The notes: generated by a model from the sequence alone, not told the origin. Positions 36,880-46,411 are shown, counted from the first letter of the stretch. The stretch: DNA of 64,000 nt from Omnitrophica WOR_2 bacterium GWF2_43_52 (GCA_001805445.1 MHGF01000003.1:184429-248428), one strand, 5' to 3'. Numbers and translations are program-made.

Positions 36880-37302
36880 CTATTCTTTATATAAGATCCC
36901 AAGGCAAGCTCCGAGGAGGATATAGCTTACTAAATCATTTATTATCCAGTAGAAGATTAAGCCTGAAGCCATCGTCGTACTCATGGCTAAGAGTAAGCGT
37001 GAAGGTAAAAAGCCAAGAAGCCAAATAAAGAATCCATAGGTAAGCCCTTTTGCCATTCCTTTTCCCGGAAGAGCCTTAGACAAAAAGCCATAGCCTAACG
37101 TTGTAAGTAGAGCGATAAAAATTTTGAGTATTCCCATTGCCAGCAGCCATGGTGTACGCGCCTTAAGCATAGCCGTGTTACAGATAGCTACAGGCTCCAG
37201 GAAATATACCCATTTAAACAGCCATTGGCAGGTCAACATGCCCCAAAGGTTACTCACCATACCCGTAACCAAGCCTACCACAACAATCTTTTTCCACTTC
37301 AT
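36880..37302 (-). CDS. Small 4-TM membrane protein of unknown function
   Basis: Hydrophobic ORF; RBS GGGG before ATG 37302 (ORF track start is 37332). Confidence 0.7.
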   Translation of the reverse strand: MKWKKIVVVGLVTGMVSNLWGMLTCQWLFKWVYFLEPVAICNTAMLKARTPWLLAMGILKIFIALLTTLGYGFLSKALPGKGMAKGLTYGFFIWLLGFLPSRLLLAMSTTMASGLIFYWIINDLVSYILLGACLGILYKE

Positions 37303-37416
37303 TTTTGCATCCCCTTTCAATAAAAGTATCATAGCATTACAACACGATTTTGCAATACCTAAATCCTTAGCGCGTATTTTTCACTCCGAAATAAATATCC
37401 ATAACCTTCTCTTTTA

Positions 37417-37425
37417 TGCTATAAT
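37417..37425 (+). promoter_or_regulatory. Extended -10 promoter upstream of the N-acyl amino acid synthase
   Basis: TGCTATAAT perfect TGnTATAAT, 32 nt before the ATG. Confidence 0.6.
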
Positions 37426-37457
37426 AAGTTAAAAGTTGCCACAGGAAAACTAGAAAA

Positions 37458-38291
37458 ATGCAGAGAATCGCGGAACATATACATCCTGAGGAATTCTCGG
37501 GAATAAATTACCGGGTCGCCCGCACAAGAGAAGAGATAGAGCAGGCCTACGCGCTCGTCTATAAAGAATATCTGAAGAAGGGCTATACTAAGAAAAATAA
37601 TAGCGGATTACGATTTTCCATCTATAACGCCCTGCCCCTGACAACCACTTTTATCGCTGCTACCAACACTAACCATATCGCCGCCACGGCAACGGTTATC
37701 TCCGATTCACCAATAGGCTTGCCTATGGATGAGCTCTATCAGAAGGAATTGTCAACATTCAGAGGCCAAGGCAAAAAACTATGCGAAATTTCAATGCTTG
37801 CCACTGACAATACCCTCCTGCGCCATGAGCCGCTAGCATCGCCTCTTAAGAAACTATTACCCTTATTCATCCTTTTTAAAACACTTCTTGACTATACTCA
37901 AGACATCCTGAAATCGGATATTATGTACATCACTATACATCCTAAGTATAAAACCGCCTTTAATTTGCTGGCATTTAAAGACTTGAGCGGAGTAAAAAGC
38001 TATCAAGAAGTCAATGGCGCCCCCGCGATAGGCCAATATGTAGATTTTCCCACCATGGCCCAGGAGTTACGTAAACCAGGGAAAGAAAAACTCTATGCCA
38101 TATTTATCATTAATAAAACAGACCATTCAAAATTCGAGAATAAGCTTGCTTTTAGCCTTGAGGACTTACGATATTTTTTCTCGGAAAAAAGCGACATCTT
38201 TAAAACCGCGCCCCAGGCGCATAAGGAATATATTGAGCGCTGTTATTCTACAGGAGAGCATTCATTATCTTCTTTACGCGAATTAACGTAA
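37458..38291 (+). CDS. N-acyl amino acid synthase (FeeM-like, GNAT fold), paralog 1
   Basis: YRVARTREEIEQAYALVYKEYLKKGY, ATATVISDSPIGLPMDELY, LCEISMLA, ITIHPK, VNGAPAI. Confidence 0.85.
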   Translation: MQRIAEHIHPEEFSGINYRVARTREEIEQAYALVYKEYLKKGYTKKNNSGLRFSIYNALPLTTTFIAATNTNHIAATATVISDSPIGLPMDELYQKELSTFRGQGKKLCEISMLATDNTLLRHEPLASPLKKLLPLFILFKTLLDYTQDILKSDIMYITIHPKYKTAFNLLAFKDLSGVKSYQEVNGAPAIGQYVDFPTMAQELRKPGKEKLYAIFIINKTDHSKFENKLAFSLEDLRYFFSEKSDIFKTAPQAHKEYIERCYSTGEHSLSSLRELT

Positions 38292-38323
38292 GAGTTCAGC
38301 TTTTAGAAGCATTCTCTTTATAA

Positions 38324-38357
38324 GATTGCTTCTCCGCCTTCGGCGGATCGCAATGAC
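38324..38357. repeat. GATTGC...GCAATGAC palindromic repeat with a nested TCCGCCTTCGGCGGA hairpin
   Basis: GATTGCTTC-TCCGCCTTCGGCGGA-TCGCAATGAC. Confidence 0.55.
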
Positions 38358-38402
38358 ACCGATACGAATTAACCGGTAGTCCTTAAAATCTAATTCCAGG
38401 AC

Positions 38403-39953
38403 GTGCTAAAAAACCTTCTCGCAGTATACGCAAGGCACATTAAAGGTTTATCTTGTTCAAGCCGGGTTATCAATTTTTCATTCGCGAAACATAAAGCAAA
38501 ACCCTTCCTTATTCAGCCTGATGAAAACCGCAGCCTAACTTTCCAAGAGCTAGAAACACTGACTGAAAAAGCCGTTTTACTCTTAGCAGAAAAAGGTATC
38601 GGGGAAGCAGAGGTAGCGGCGTTTAGCGCTTCTAACTGTATAGACTACTTTATAATCAGAGCGGCCTGCCATATACGCGGAGTTATCTTCTTCGGGTTAC
38701 CACCGACCCTTACCCAAGAGCAAACTATCCATTTCCTGACTGTCTCAAAGGCAAAAATTTTCTTTTATCAGAACCGCGATGACGCGGCAATTGAGGAAAT
38801 AAAGGCAAAGGCTCAAGTAAAATACCTCGTGGAACTTAACACTGGCTTTCATAGCACAACCACAGACGAGGCTAAGCCTCGTAAAACGAGGCTAAGCCTC
38901 GTAACCGACGGCAATCAATGCGCTACGTTTAATCTCAGTTCCGCCACAACAAGCAAAACCCCAAAGATAATCCGGCTCTCGGATACTAACTGGATAGAAA
39001 GCCTCTATGGCTATATACGTAATGCCACACTAAAAACCGCTCAACGCAATGTTTTTTTCTGCAGTGTGCCTCTTTTGACCGCTGGCTCTACCACATTCCT
39101 GCCTTGCCTTCTATCAGGCTTTAGCTGCCTGGTAGTAAAAGAAACTATTGCCATAGAGCATGTGGTTAGCTATAGTATACAGTATAACGTTACCCGGCTC
39201 TATATTACGCCCAGCAGGCTCTTAGAATTATTAGAGTGGTGTAAAATACATAACCAGCATTTTAGCGCGTTAGAGAGTATCGTTACCGGAACCGAGAGGA
39301 TTCCCACGCTGCGGCTCAAAGAGGCAATCGACTACTTCGGGCCAATTATCAGCGTTGGCTACGGAATGGCGGAGGCGCTTCCTCCGATTTCGTTACTCTC
39401 ACCTGGCGTCTATCATAAATTAGGTAGTGTGGGGAAAATCGCCAAAGGGGTAAAGATTAAAATTACCGACGAGGGAAGAATCGCCATTAAAAGCAAGACG
39501 GTAAGCATGGGGTACTTGGATAATCCGACTGAAACCTCCCAGCATTTTAAAGACGGCTGGTTTTACAGCGATGATTACGGGTATATAGATAAAGATAAAT
39601 ATCTTTATATCTTCGGCAGGAAAGAGGAGATTTTAACTGAGAGCCCGCGCCGTATTTTTGCCAAGGAAGCAGAAGACAAGCTCTACACCCTTGCCTTTAT
39701 TAACCGATGCGCTGTCTTAAGTAGAAACGCTCAGATGTATATTTTCGCATCCCTACGCGAAGCCATAGGAAACGATCAAGCAAAAAATGCGATCCAGAAA
39801 ATTTTCGATGAAAACTTCAAAAACATCCTTGCCCTTAAAAAAATCATCATCAAAGAAGCCTTACCCATCAACGCCTTTGGAAAACTTGATAGGAGAAGGT
39901 TAGAAGAGGAAATAACTATAGCCTGTGCAACTGAAACATTGTTTACATTTTAG
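38403..39953 (+). CDS. AMP-dependent ligase (ANL/adenylate-forming family); C-terminus read into IS481
   Basis: SSATTSKTPK (A3-like), GYGMAE, GSVGK, DGWFYSDDYG, GRKEE, LPINAFGKLDRR (A10 Lys). Confidence 0.85.
   Translation: MLKNLLAVYARHIKGLSCSSRVINFSFAKHKAKPFLIQPDENRSLTFQELETLTEKAVLLLAEKGIGEAEVAAFSASNCIDYFIIRAACHIRGVIFFGLPPTLTQEQTIHFLTVSKAKIFFYQNRDDAAIEEIKAKAQVKYLVELNTGFHSTTTDEAKPRKTRLSLVTDGNQCATFNLSSATTSKTPKIIRLSDTNWIESLYGYIRNATLKTAQRNVFFCSVPLLTAGSTTFLPCLLSGFSCLVVKETIAIEHVVSYSIQYNVTRLYITPSRLLELLEWCKIHNQHFSALESIVTGTERIPTLRLKEAIDYFGPIISVGYGMAEALPPISLLSPGVYHKLGSVGKIAKGVKIKITDEGRIAIKSKTVSMGYLDNPTETSQHFKDGWFYSDDYGYIDKDKYLYIFGRKEEILTESPRRIFAKEAEDKLYTLAFINRCAVLSRNAQMYIFASLREAIGNDQAKNAIQKIFDENFKNILALKKIIIKEALPINAFGKLDRRRLEEEITIACATETLFTF
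38866..38902. repeat. REP family B tandem copy in-frame within the ligase
   Basis: ACGAGGCTAAGCCTCGT-AAA-ACGAGGCTAAGCCTCGT encoding DEAKPRKTRLSLV. Confidence 0.85.
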
Positions 39954-41212
39954 ACCGGGTACATCGTTTACACTTTTTTAGTTACGAATAATCTTGTTCT
40001 TTCTCAAATCTACGGAACCGAGAACGTAAAAGCTATACTGAAGCTGCCAGAGGCCATCGGCAGTTTCTTTAAGACCGACAGGCTGTTTTGCGAGTAATCC
40101 TGTAACATAAAACATCCGGCCCTTGAATTTAATCTCTCCGCTGTGTTTGACGTGGCGAACCGTGTACTCGTAACCATATTCCGGAGAATGCGGATGTTCC
40201 ACATAAGGCCGATTTGACTTTTTATAGAATTCATTCGGCGTTTGATCATTAAGCGATTCATGCGGACGCTCGTTGTTGTAATCTAGACGAAAAATATCAA
40301 AACGCTCTTGTTGTTCCTTGAAATTCCTGGCAATCTGATCTAGGGCATCGCTTTTTAGCGTTCGGTGCATACACTCATGCCGTCCGTTCTCTTGGGGGCA
40401 GCCTTTTTCAATCCGTTCTGGGATGATCCCTAATTGAATAAACCAGATAGATAAACGACTAAGTCCTCCAACGCCTTTACCGACGAATGGTGTACCATTA
40501 TCGCTGCGAATGGCGTCAGGCAACCCGTATTTCCGAAACGTTTCAATTAAGACTTCTTTCGTCGGAGCGTAACGTGGGCCTTCTAGCGCTTTACAACCTA
40601 AGAGAAATCGGCTTAAGTTATCGCTGATCGTCAACGGGTAACACACATGACCGTTTTTCATATAAAATTGGCCCTTATAATCAATGCTCCAGACATCGTT
40701 GGGAGCTTTACATTCACAAAAAGGCTGCGTATAGGGCGGTACACGTAAACGTTTCTTTCGTTTTTCAACGAGGCCTTCTTTCTTGAGCCAATACGCTATG
40801 GTGCTGACTGCGGGTAGCTCAAGATTCGAATATTGACGCTTTAACTGAGCTCGTATCTTTCGGGGCCCGCGTTTACGATTCTTAAGCTTTTCTTGAATTA
40901 CAAGATTGATAACTTTTTCCGGCGTCTTATGAGGGCAAGTTTTTGGCGCACGGCTTTGTTCTTTGAGCCCTTCGATTCCACGCTGTTCGTACCGCTCAAT
41001 CAATTTATAAACTGTTGGGCGGCTGATTCCGTATTTTTGAGAAAGATCGGTTAAGCTAAGATTTTTTGATTGCCAATCGGCAATAAGCTGAATCTTTTGA
41101 TCCATAGCACTTATTATTTTCCACGGCATGGCATGTTACCTCCTTGCCGTATAGTATAATATGTAAACTATGTACCCAGTCTATTTTGTAAACTATGTTA
41201 CCAGTTTGTACC
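39924..41212 (-). mobile_element. IS481-family insertion sequence
   Basis: Imperfect ~50-bp terminal inverted repeats with internal duplicated ACATnGTTTACA units (39924-39972 and 41162-41212) flanking a DDE transposase; GCC on both flanks may be a short target duplication. Confidence 0.85.
39978..41129 (-). CDS. IS481-family DDE transposase
   Basis: MPWK...GISRPTVYKLIERY HTH; WSIDYKG, IRSDNGTPF, PQENGRHECMHRTLK, YNNERPHESL. Confidence 0.93.
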   Translation of the reverse strand: MPWKIISAMDQKIQLIADWQSKNLSLTDLSQKYGISRPTVYKLIERYEQRGIEGLKEQSRAPKTCPHKTPEKVINLVIQEKLKNRKRGPRKIRAQLKRQYSNLELPAVSTIAYWLKKEGLVEKRKKRLRVPPYTQPFCECKAPNDVWSIDYKGQFYMKNGHVCYPLTISDNLSRFLLGCKALEGPRYAPTKEVLIETFRKYGLPDAIRSDNGTPFVGKGVGGLSRLSIWFIQLGIIPERIEKGCPQENGRHECMHRTLKSDALDQIARNFKEQQERFDIFRLDYNNERPHESLNDQTPNEFYKKSNRPYVEHPHSPEYGYEYTVRHVKHSGEIKFKGRMFYVTGLLAKQPVGLKETADGLWQLQYSFYVLGSVDLRKNKIIRN

Positions 41213-41223
41213 GCCCCCACATT

Positions 41224-41258
41224 CCCTCTCCCCGAAGGGGAGAGGGCGAGGGTGAGGG
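41224..41258. repeat. Family C palindrome 5' of DUF559
   Basis: CCCTCTCCCC-GAA-GGGGAGAGGG-CGA-GGGTGAGGG. Confidence 0.85.
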
Positions 41259-41264
41259 AACATA

Positions 41265-41633
41265 ATGAAACGAAATAGCATAGCAATAGCCAAAAAGCTC
41301 AGGAAGAATCAGACAGATGCTGAAGGTAAACTTTGGGCCATATTACGTAATCGTCAGCTATCCGGAGTAAAATTTAGAAGGCAATTTCCTATTGGCAGCT
41401 ATATTTTAGATTTTTACTCTCCAGAGTATAAACTTGGTATTGAAGCTGATGGTGGACAGCATTATGTAGATAAAGGCAAAGGACAGGACGAACAGAGAAC
41501 TAGAGAATTGAGTGTCTATGGGATAAAGATAGTAAGATTTAATGATTTAGATGTATTGAATAATATTGAGGGAGTTTATGAAATTATTCAGGAAAGTATA
41601 GAAAGCAAGAGGAAACAATTCCCCTCACCTTAA
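41265..41633 (+). CDS. DUF559 (Vsr-like) endonuclease domain protein
   Basis: AKKLRKNQTDAEGKLWAILRNRQL.GVKFRRQFPIGSYILDFY...IEADGGQH. Confidence 0.92.
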   Translation: MKRNSIAIAKKLRKNQTDAEGKLWAILRNRQLSGVKFRRQFPIGSYILDFYSPEYKLGIEADGGQHYVDKGKGQDEQRTRELSVYGIKIVRFNDLDVLNNIEGVYEIIQESIESKRKQFPSP

Positions 41634-41656
41634 TCCTCTCCCCAAAGGGGAGAGGA
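41621..41656. repeat. Family C palindrome 3' of DUF559, inverted relative to the 5' copy
   Basis: CCCCTCACC-TTAA-TCCTCTCCCC-AAA-GGGGAGAGGA; supplies the stop codon. Confidence 0.85.
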
Positions 41657-41658
41657 TC

Positions 41659-43530
41659 ATGATGAAAGGGAAAAATTTTATGGCGCAGATAACCCTTTGG
41701 AATTCTATAGCAAAAAGAAGGCGCTCCTTGAGCGACACCTTTTACGATAATGGCCTGGCTACCTTAAAGGGATACCTGGAAGATAGAAACCATACGGTAG
41801 AGGTTATTGACTGGGCACGGGACGATTTCTTTACTATGCTTACCGTGCCTTTTTTAGCGCGCTGGATCAGAAATATTTACTCATCAATGGCTCGTTCAAA
41901 AAGCAAGCTCGCCGGGCGCTGTTTAGGCTTTATCTCCGTTTACCTGCAAGAAATACACGCCATTATCCAGGAAGTCAGATTTAAAAAACAGGCACGGCAC
42001 TTGGCCTATGAATTAAAGAATGACAACGCGCGTATTTTCGGGGTAAAACTCTGGTATGGAGAAGCCTTTAAGAACGCCAAAGAGCTTATTACTTTAATAA
42101 ATAAAATCGCCCCTGAAATTATCACTATCGCCGGGGGTTATCATGTTACTCTTTACGAAGAACACCTCTTAGAAAACAGCACTTTTGATTTAGGGGTAGT
42201 CTGTGAAGGAGAATTCGCCTTAGAGAAGATATTAGCTATCATTGACCAAAATAAAGAAAACTGGAATAAACATAATGTTTTAAGCACGATCATCGACGCG
42301 GCTGAAAAAGGAGAGATAGAAAATCTTATTTATCGTAAAAACGGAAAAATACACAAGACCAAACGCCGGCATATTGCCGGCCACAGCTTAAAAAGTATCC
42401 CGCGATATACGATGAATGAAAATAAGGTGCGTATCCATGTAATGGTTGAATCTTTAGGCTGTGATTGGGGCAAGTGCCATTTTTGCGTGCATCCGCATTT
42501 TTACAGCAGTTATTCCTTGAGGAGCCCTGATGAAGTAGTCAATGAAATAGAAGAGATGCTTAAAATCGGTATCGGCGTTTTTCGTTTTGCCGGCTCTGAC
42601 ACACCTCCGCATTTTGGGGCGCGGATTGCCCAAAAGATCAAAGAGAGGCGCTTAAAGGTTGTTTTTGGCATAGGTTCACGGGCGATAAAAGGAGCGCAAA
42701 AACAATATGAACATCTGGTAACTTCTTATACCACGCTTATTGAGAATGGTTTGCGCGCGGTATTTATGGGAGGAGAAACAGGGAATGATATCATTAACGA
42801 AGAAGTCATGAACAAAGGCGTCTTTTTTGATGATATTGTTACCACTATAAAAGCGCTCAGGGAAGCGGAAAAGAGAGCAGGGGCAAAGGTATTTTTAAGT
42901 TTAGCCTTCATTTATCCGGCTCCCCTTTTAGGAAAAGTAACCCTTGCGCAGGTAAAAGAAGATAATCTACGGCTTTTAAAGGAAACAATGCCGGATAGCG
43001 TCATGATTACACCCCCGGGGCCGTTCTTACATACCAAGTGGTATGACGAAAAAGATAAATTCGGCTTCAAGGTTGACGAACACATCATCAGACAGGCAAT
43101 GGAATACGAGTATGTCCTATATAAGCCACCTCATCTATGGCCAAATTTAGGAATATCTCTTGAAGGAAAACCTTTCAAAAAACTGCTGGCTGAATGCAAT
43201 GAATTCAGAAACATTGTAGAGAAGGAATTGCATATCCCCACCGATCTTTCCGACGAACATTTTTTGATGTTTTACGCCGCGGGGATCAGGGAAAAAGCGG
43301 AAGTATCGAAGGCCAAAGAAGAAACTATGCTGGATATTGTTTCCTGTGATTACAGCCTGACGAAAAATATTTCCATGAAGGTAAATGAATTTAGCCTCAA
43401 TGTAAGCCGAGAAAACATTACCATTTTACCCCTCACCCCACCCTCTCCCCAGCGGGGAGAGGAAAAGAGAGAGGACTCACCCCAGCCTCTCCCTAGGGGG
43501 AGAGGGAAAGGGTTAGGGGGGATAATTTAG
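41659..43530 (+). CDS. Cobalamin-binding radical SAM protein (class B methyltransferase-like)
   Basis: GLATLKGYL...VEVID and IAGGYHVT/GEGE-like B12 domain; SLGCDWGKCHFC (CX4CX2C); RSPDEVVNEI; FMGGETG. The start may be 41680; the C-terminal ~30 aa are repeat-derived. Confidence 0.85.
   Translation: MMKGKNFMAQITLWNSIAKRRRSLSDTFYDNGLATLKGYLEDRNHTVEVIDWARDDFFTMLTVPFLARWIRNIYSSMARSKSKLAGRCLGFISVYLQEIHAIIQEVRFKKQARHLAYELKNDNARIFGVKLWYGEAFKNAKELITLINKIAPEIITIAGGYHVTLYEEHLLENSTFDLGVVCEGEFALEKILAIIDQNKENWNKHNVLSTIIDAAEKGEIENLIYRKNGKIHKTKRRHIAGHSLKSIPRYTMNENKVRIHVMVESLGCDWGKCHFCVHPHFYSSYSLRSPDEVVNEIEEMLKIGIGVFRFAGSDTPPHFGARIAQKIKERRLKVVFGIGSRAIKGAQKQYEHLVTSYTTLIENGLRAVFMGGETGNDIINEEVMNKGVFFDDIVTTIKALREAEKRAGAKVFLSLAFIYPAPLLGKVTLAQVKEDNLRLLKETMPDSVMITPPGPFLHTKWYDEKDKFGFKVDEHIIRQAMEYEYVLYKPPHLWPNLGISLEGKPFKKLLAECNEFRNIVEKELHIPTDLSDEHFLMFYAAGIREKAEVSKAKEETMLDIVSCDYSLTKNISMKVNEFSLNVSRENITILPLTPPSPQRGEEKREDSPQPLPRGRGKGLGGII
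43429..43521. repeat. Family C palindrome pair in-frame at the radical SAM C-terminus
   Basis: CCCCTCACCCCACCCTCTCCCCAGCGGGGAGAGG...CCTCTCCCTAGGGGGAGAGGG encoding PLTPPSPQRGE...PLPRGRG. Confidence 0.8.
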
Positions 43531-43537
43531 AAACACT

Positions 43538-44209
43538 ATGAGCATTGTCAAATTAGAAAAAATCTGTAAGAATTACACCTTAGGAAAAACAACCTTGAAC
43601 GCGCTCAAGAATATAGACTTAAACGTGGAACAAGGTGAATTCATTGCCCTTGCCGGGCCATCAGGCAGCGGGAAGACTACCGCCTTAAATATTATCGGCT
43701 GTATTGATAAACCAAGTTCAGGAAAGGTGTTTATCGATGAGTGTGAAATATCCTATCTCTCAAGCGACGGACTCGCGGATATTCGCGCCGGGAAAATAGG
43801 GTTTATCTTTCAAAATTTTAATCTCTTGCCAGTATTAAATGCCCTGGAAAATGTGGAATACCCGCTTTTACATAAAAAGATGGCTTTTCATAAAAAGAGA
43901 AAACTGGCGCAAGAGGCGCTGGAGAGCGTCGGCTTGGGGAAGTACGCCCGACACCGCCCGATGGAATTAAGCGGCGGACAGCAGCAAAGGGTCGCGATAG
44001 CGCGGGCGCTTAGCACTAGCCCGCTTATGATTTTAGCGGATGAGCCGACCGCGAACCTCGACCATGTAACAGGAACGGAAATCCTGACGCTTATGAAAAA
44101 AATGAACCTTGAGCGTAAAACCACCTTTATTTTCTCAACCCATGACCAAAAGGTCATGGAAATAGCCGATAAAGTGGTAAGGCTTTGGGACGGAGAAATC
44201 AGCTCATGA
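43538..44209 (+). CDS. ABC transporter ATPase (LolD/MacB-like)
   Basis: GPSGSGKT, IGFIFQNFNL, LSGGQQQRVAIARAL, LADEPTANLD, STHD. Confidence 0.95.
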   Translation: MSIVKLEKICKNYTLGKTTLNALKNIDLNVEQGEFIALAGPSGSGKTTALNIIGCIDKPSSGKVFIDECEISYLSSDGLADIRAGKIGFIFQNFNLLPVLNALENVEYPLLHKKMAFHKKRKLAQEALESVGLGKYARHRPMELSGGQQQRVAIARALSTSPLMILADEPTANLDHVTGTEILTLMKKMNLERKTTFIFSTHDQKVMEIADKVVRLWDGEISS

Positions 44210-45471
44210 TTACCTTAACGATTGCTCTCAGGAATATTTTCCGCCATAAGACCAGGTCCCTTATTACCTTATCTACCATTATTTTCGGCTGTACGGCGAT
44301 TATCTTTGCCGGCGGTTTTTTTGAGGATGTTTTCTATAAAATGAGGGAGAGTTATATCCACTCTCATACCGGCCATTTCCAAATTTTTAGAAAAGGCTAT
44401 TGGGAAAAGGGAAACAGCCAGCCTTATAATTATTTGATAGATAATCCTGACGAAATCATCTCTCATCTTCAAGCTATACCGGGGATAAAGTTTATTACCA
44501 GCCGCCTGCAATTCTCAGGGCTTATCTCAACAGGGGAAAATACCGTTTCCTGTATCGGTATGGGTATTGACCCCGGCTATGAAAATCAGGATATTCCCGC
44601 GGGAGCTAATCTGCGGAAGATGTCAGACGCCATGACACTCGAAGGGCCGGTCATTATCCAAGGGAAGGCCTTAACCAAAAATAATCCTTATACCGTGATG
44701 CTGGGCAAGGGTTTGGCCTCAAGCCTCGGGATAACCGCGGGAGACCCGCTTATTATCTTAACCCACACTACCGGCGGCTCAATCAATGCCCTTGATGTAA
44801 CCGCGCAAGGAATCTTTATGACCTCATCAAAAGAATACGACGACCATTTCTTGCGCCTTTCGCTAGTAACCGCGAAGAAATTGCTCCATACGGATTCGGT
44901 GCAATCATTAGTTATCATGCTTGATAAAACCGAAGATACCGCTGGAGTTAAAAAAGCCTTAGCGCGCGTATTCCAAGATAAAAAACTAGACTTAGAATTA
45001 AAATCATGGGATGAAATAAGCGATTTTTACCGCCATACGGTAAACCTTTTTAACCGCCTCTTTCTTATTTTAAAGCTTGTCATCGCGATCATCGTTATCT
45101 TGAGTATCTTTAATACCATGAATATGGCGGTCTTAGAGAGGACAGATGAAATCGGCACAATCATGGCGTTAGGGACTAAAAAACGAGGGGTTTTAAGCCT
45201 CTTTATGCATGAAGGGTTAGGATTAGGAATTATCGGCGGTTCGTTCGGGGTCGCCATAGGTACCGCGCTCACTCACTGTATAGCCCGTATCGGAATCACC
45301 ATGCCGCCTCCGCCGGGAGCAAGCATGCCGTGGGTCTCGGAACCAAGAATCGTTTTGACCACGGTTGTCTTTGCTTTTATGACCTCCATACTTACCGCGC
45401 TGGTTTCTTCGCTGTATCCGGCATATAGCGCTTCACGTTTAGAAATTGCCGATTGCCTGCGGCACAAATAA
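44206..45471 (+). CDS. ABC transporter permease (LolC/E, FtsX-like)
   Basis: IALRNIFRHKTRS, large periplasmic loop, NTMNMAVLERTDEIGTIMALG, YPAYSASRL; ATGA overlap with the ATPase. Confidence 0.92.
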   Translation: MITLTIALRNIFRHKTRSLITLSTIIFGCTAIIFAGGFFEDVFYKMRESYIHSHTGHFQIFRKGYWEKGNSQPYNYLIDNPDEIISHLQAIPGIKFITSRLQFSGLISTGENTVSCIGMGIDPGYENQDIPAGANLRKMSDAMTLEGPVIIQGKALTKNNPYTVMLGKGLASSLGITAGDPLIILTHTTGGSINALDVTAQGIFMTSSKEYDDHFLRLSLVTAKKLLHTDSVQSLVIMLDKTEDTAGVKKALARVFQDKKLDLELKSWDEISDFYRHTVNLFNRLFLILKLVIAIIVILSIFNTMNMAVLERTDEIGTIMALGTKKRGVLSLFMHEGLGLGIIGGSFGVAIGTALTHCIARIGITMPPPPGASMPWVSEPRIVLTTVVFAFMTSILTALVSSLYPAYSASRLEIADCLRHK

Positions 45472-45482
45472 AAGAAGGAGCG

Positions 45483-45558
45483 AAAATCAACCTCCGCGGT
45501 TGATTTTTTTCTCCGACGACAAATTTCCGCAACCTCCGCGGTTGAATTGGGTTTGAGG
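45483..45558 (-). repeat. Composite REP element, third copy (reverse orientation)
   Basis: Reverse complement reads CAAACCCAATTCAACCGCGGAGGTTGCGGAAATTTGTCGTCGGAG...CAACCGCGGAGGTTG, nearly identical to 30405-30476. Confidence 0.85.
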
Positions 45559-45560
45559 AT

Positions 45561-46304
45561 ATGCTGCGTACATTCATAACAATTACGATTGCCTGGTTTT
45601 TATTACCTGGTTTTCCTGCCTTTGCGCAATTAACCTCAGCTGAAATTGTGGAAAGAATTGATGAGGCGCGAAACCCCCAGATAGATTATACGGTAACGGT
45701 AGAGATTACCACCTATTCCAATAACCAACTCTCAAAATCAGCCACTTACGAAGTGCTCGTTAAAGGGAAAGAGAAGACTGTGGTAAAAACAATTTTACCC
45801 GCGGTAGAAAAGGGGAGAGTCTTACTCATGCTCAATGAAAACCTCTGGGCGTTTCTTCCGGAGGTTTCTAAACCGCTGCGTATCTCATTACAGGAAAGGC
45901 TTATCGGAGAAGTGGCTAACGGCGATGTTGCCCGCGTTAATTTCGCGGGGGATTATACTCCGATAGTATTACGGACAGAAACCTTAAACGATAAAGACTG
46001 TTACGTCTTAGAGCTTACGGCTAAAGATGACTCTGTAACCTATGGGAAGGTAATCGTATGGGCGGAAAAAGAAACCTTATGGCCGCGTAAGGCAGAATTT
46101 TATGCTCTCTCAGGCCGTATGCTAAAAACCTGCGCGTACCAGGAGTATCAGCTGCTCGGCGACAGGATACGGCCCACCCAATTGGTAATGGAGGGGCCTC
46201 TTGCCAAAGGCAAGAAATCAATTATACGCTATAGCGATATCCATATTGAAGAACTGCCGGAGAAATATTTTACCAAAGAGTATATGAAAAAGTTCATGGA
46301 GTAA
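45561..46304 (+). CDS. Outer-membrane lipoprotein-sorting (LolA-like) protein
   Basis: Signal peptide; P..EKGRVLLM...LWAFLP...PLRIS...RLIGEVANGD; VLELTAK...Y; EFY...GRMLK. Confidence 0.85.
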   Translation: MLRTFITITIAWFLLPGFPAFAQLTSAEIVERIDEARNPQIDYTVTVEITTYSNNQLSKSATYEVLVKGKEKTVVKTILPAVEKGRVLLMLNENLWAFLPEVSKPLRISLQERLIGEVANGDVARVNFAGDYTPIVLRTETLNDKDCYVLELTAKDDSVTYGKVIVWAEKETLWPRKAEFYALSGRMLKTCAYQEYQLLGDRIRPTQLVMEGPLAKGKKSIIRYSDIHIEELPEKYFTKEYMKKFME

Positions 46305-46327
46305 CTCTAACAGGCAGCAGGATAAAA

Positions 46328-46384
46328 AATAACCAATCAGCAAATTCCAAACACCAAATAAGCTCCAATACCCAATAACCAAAC
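46328..46384 (+). repeat. Degenerate intergenic heptamer array (AATAACC/AAACACC/AATACCC)
   Basis: AATAACCAATCAGCAAATTCCAAACACCAAAT...CAATACCCAATAACCAAAC. Confidence 0.6.
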
Positions 46385-46411
46385 CTATCGATTTGTATAC
46401 ACGGAGGAAAA

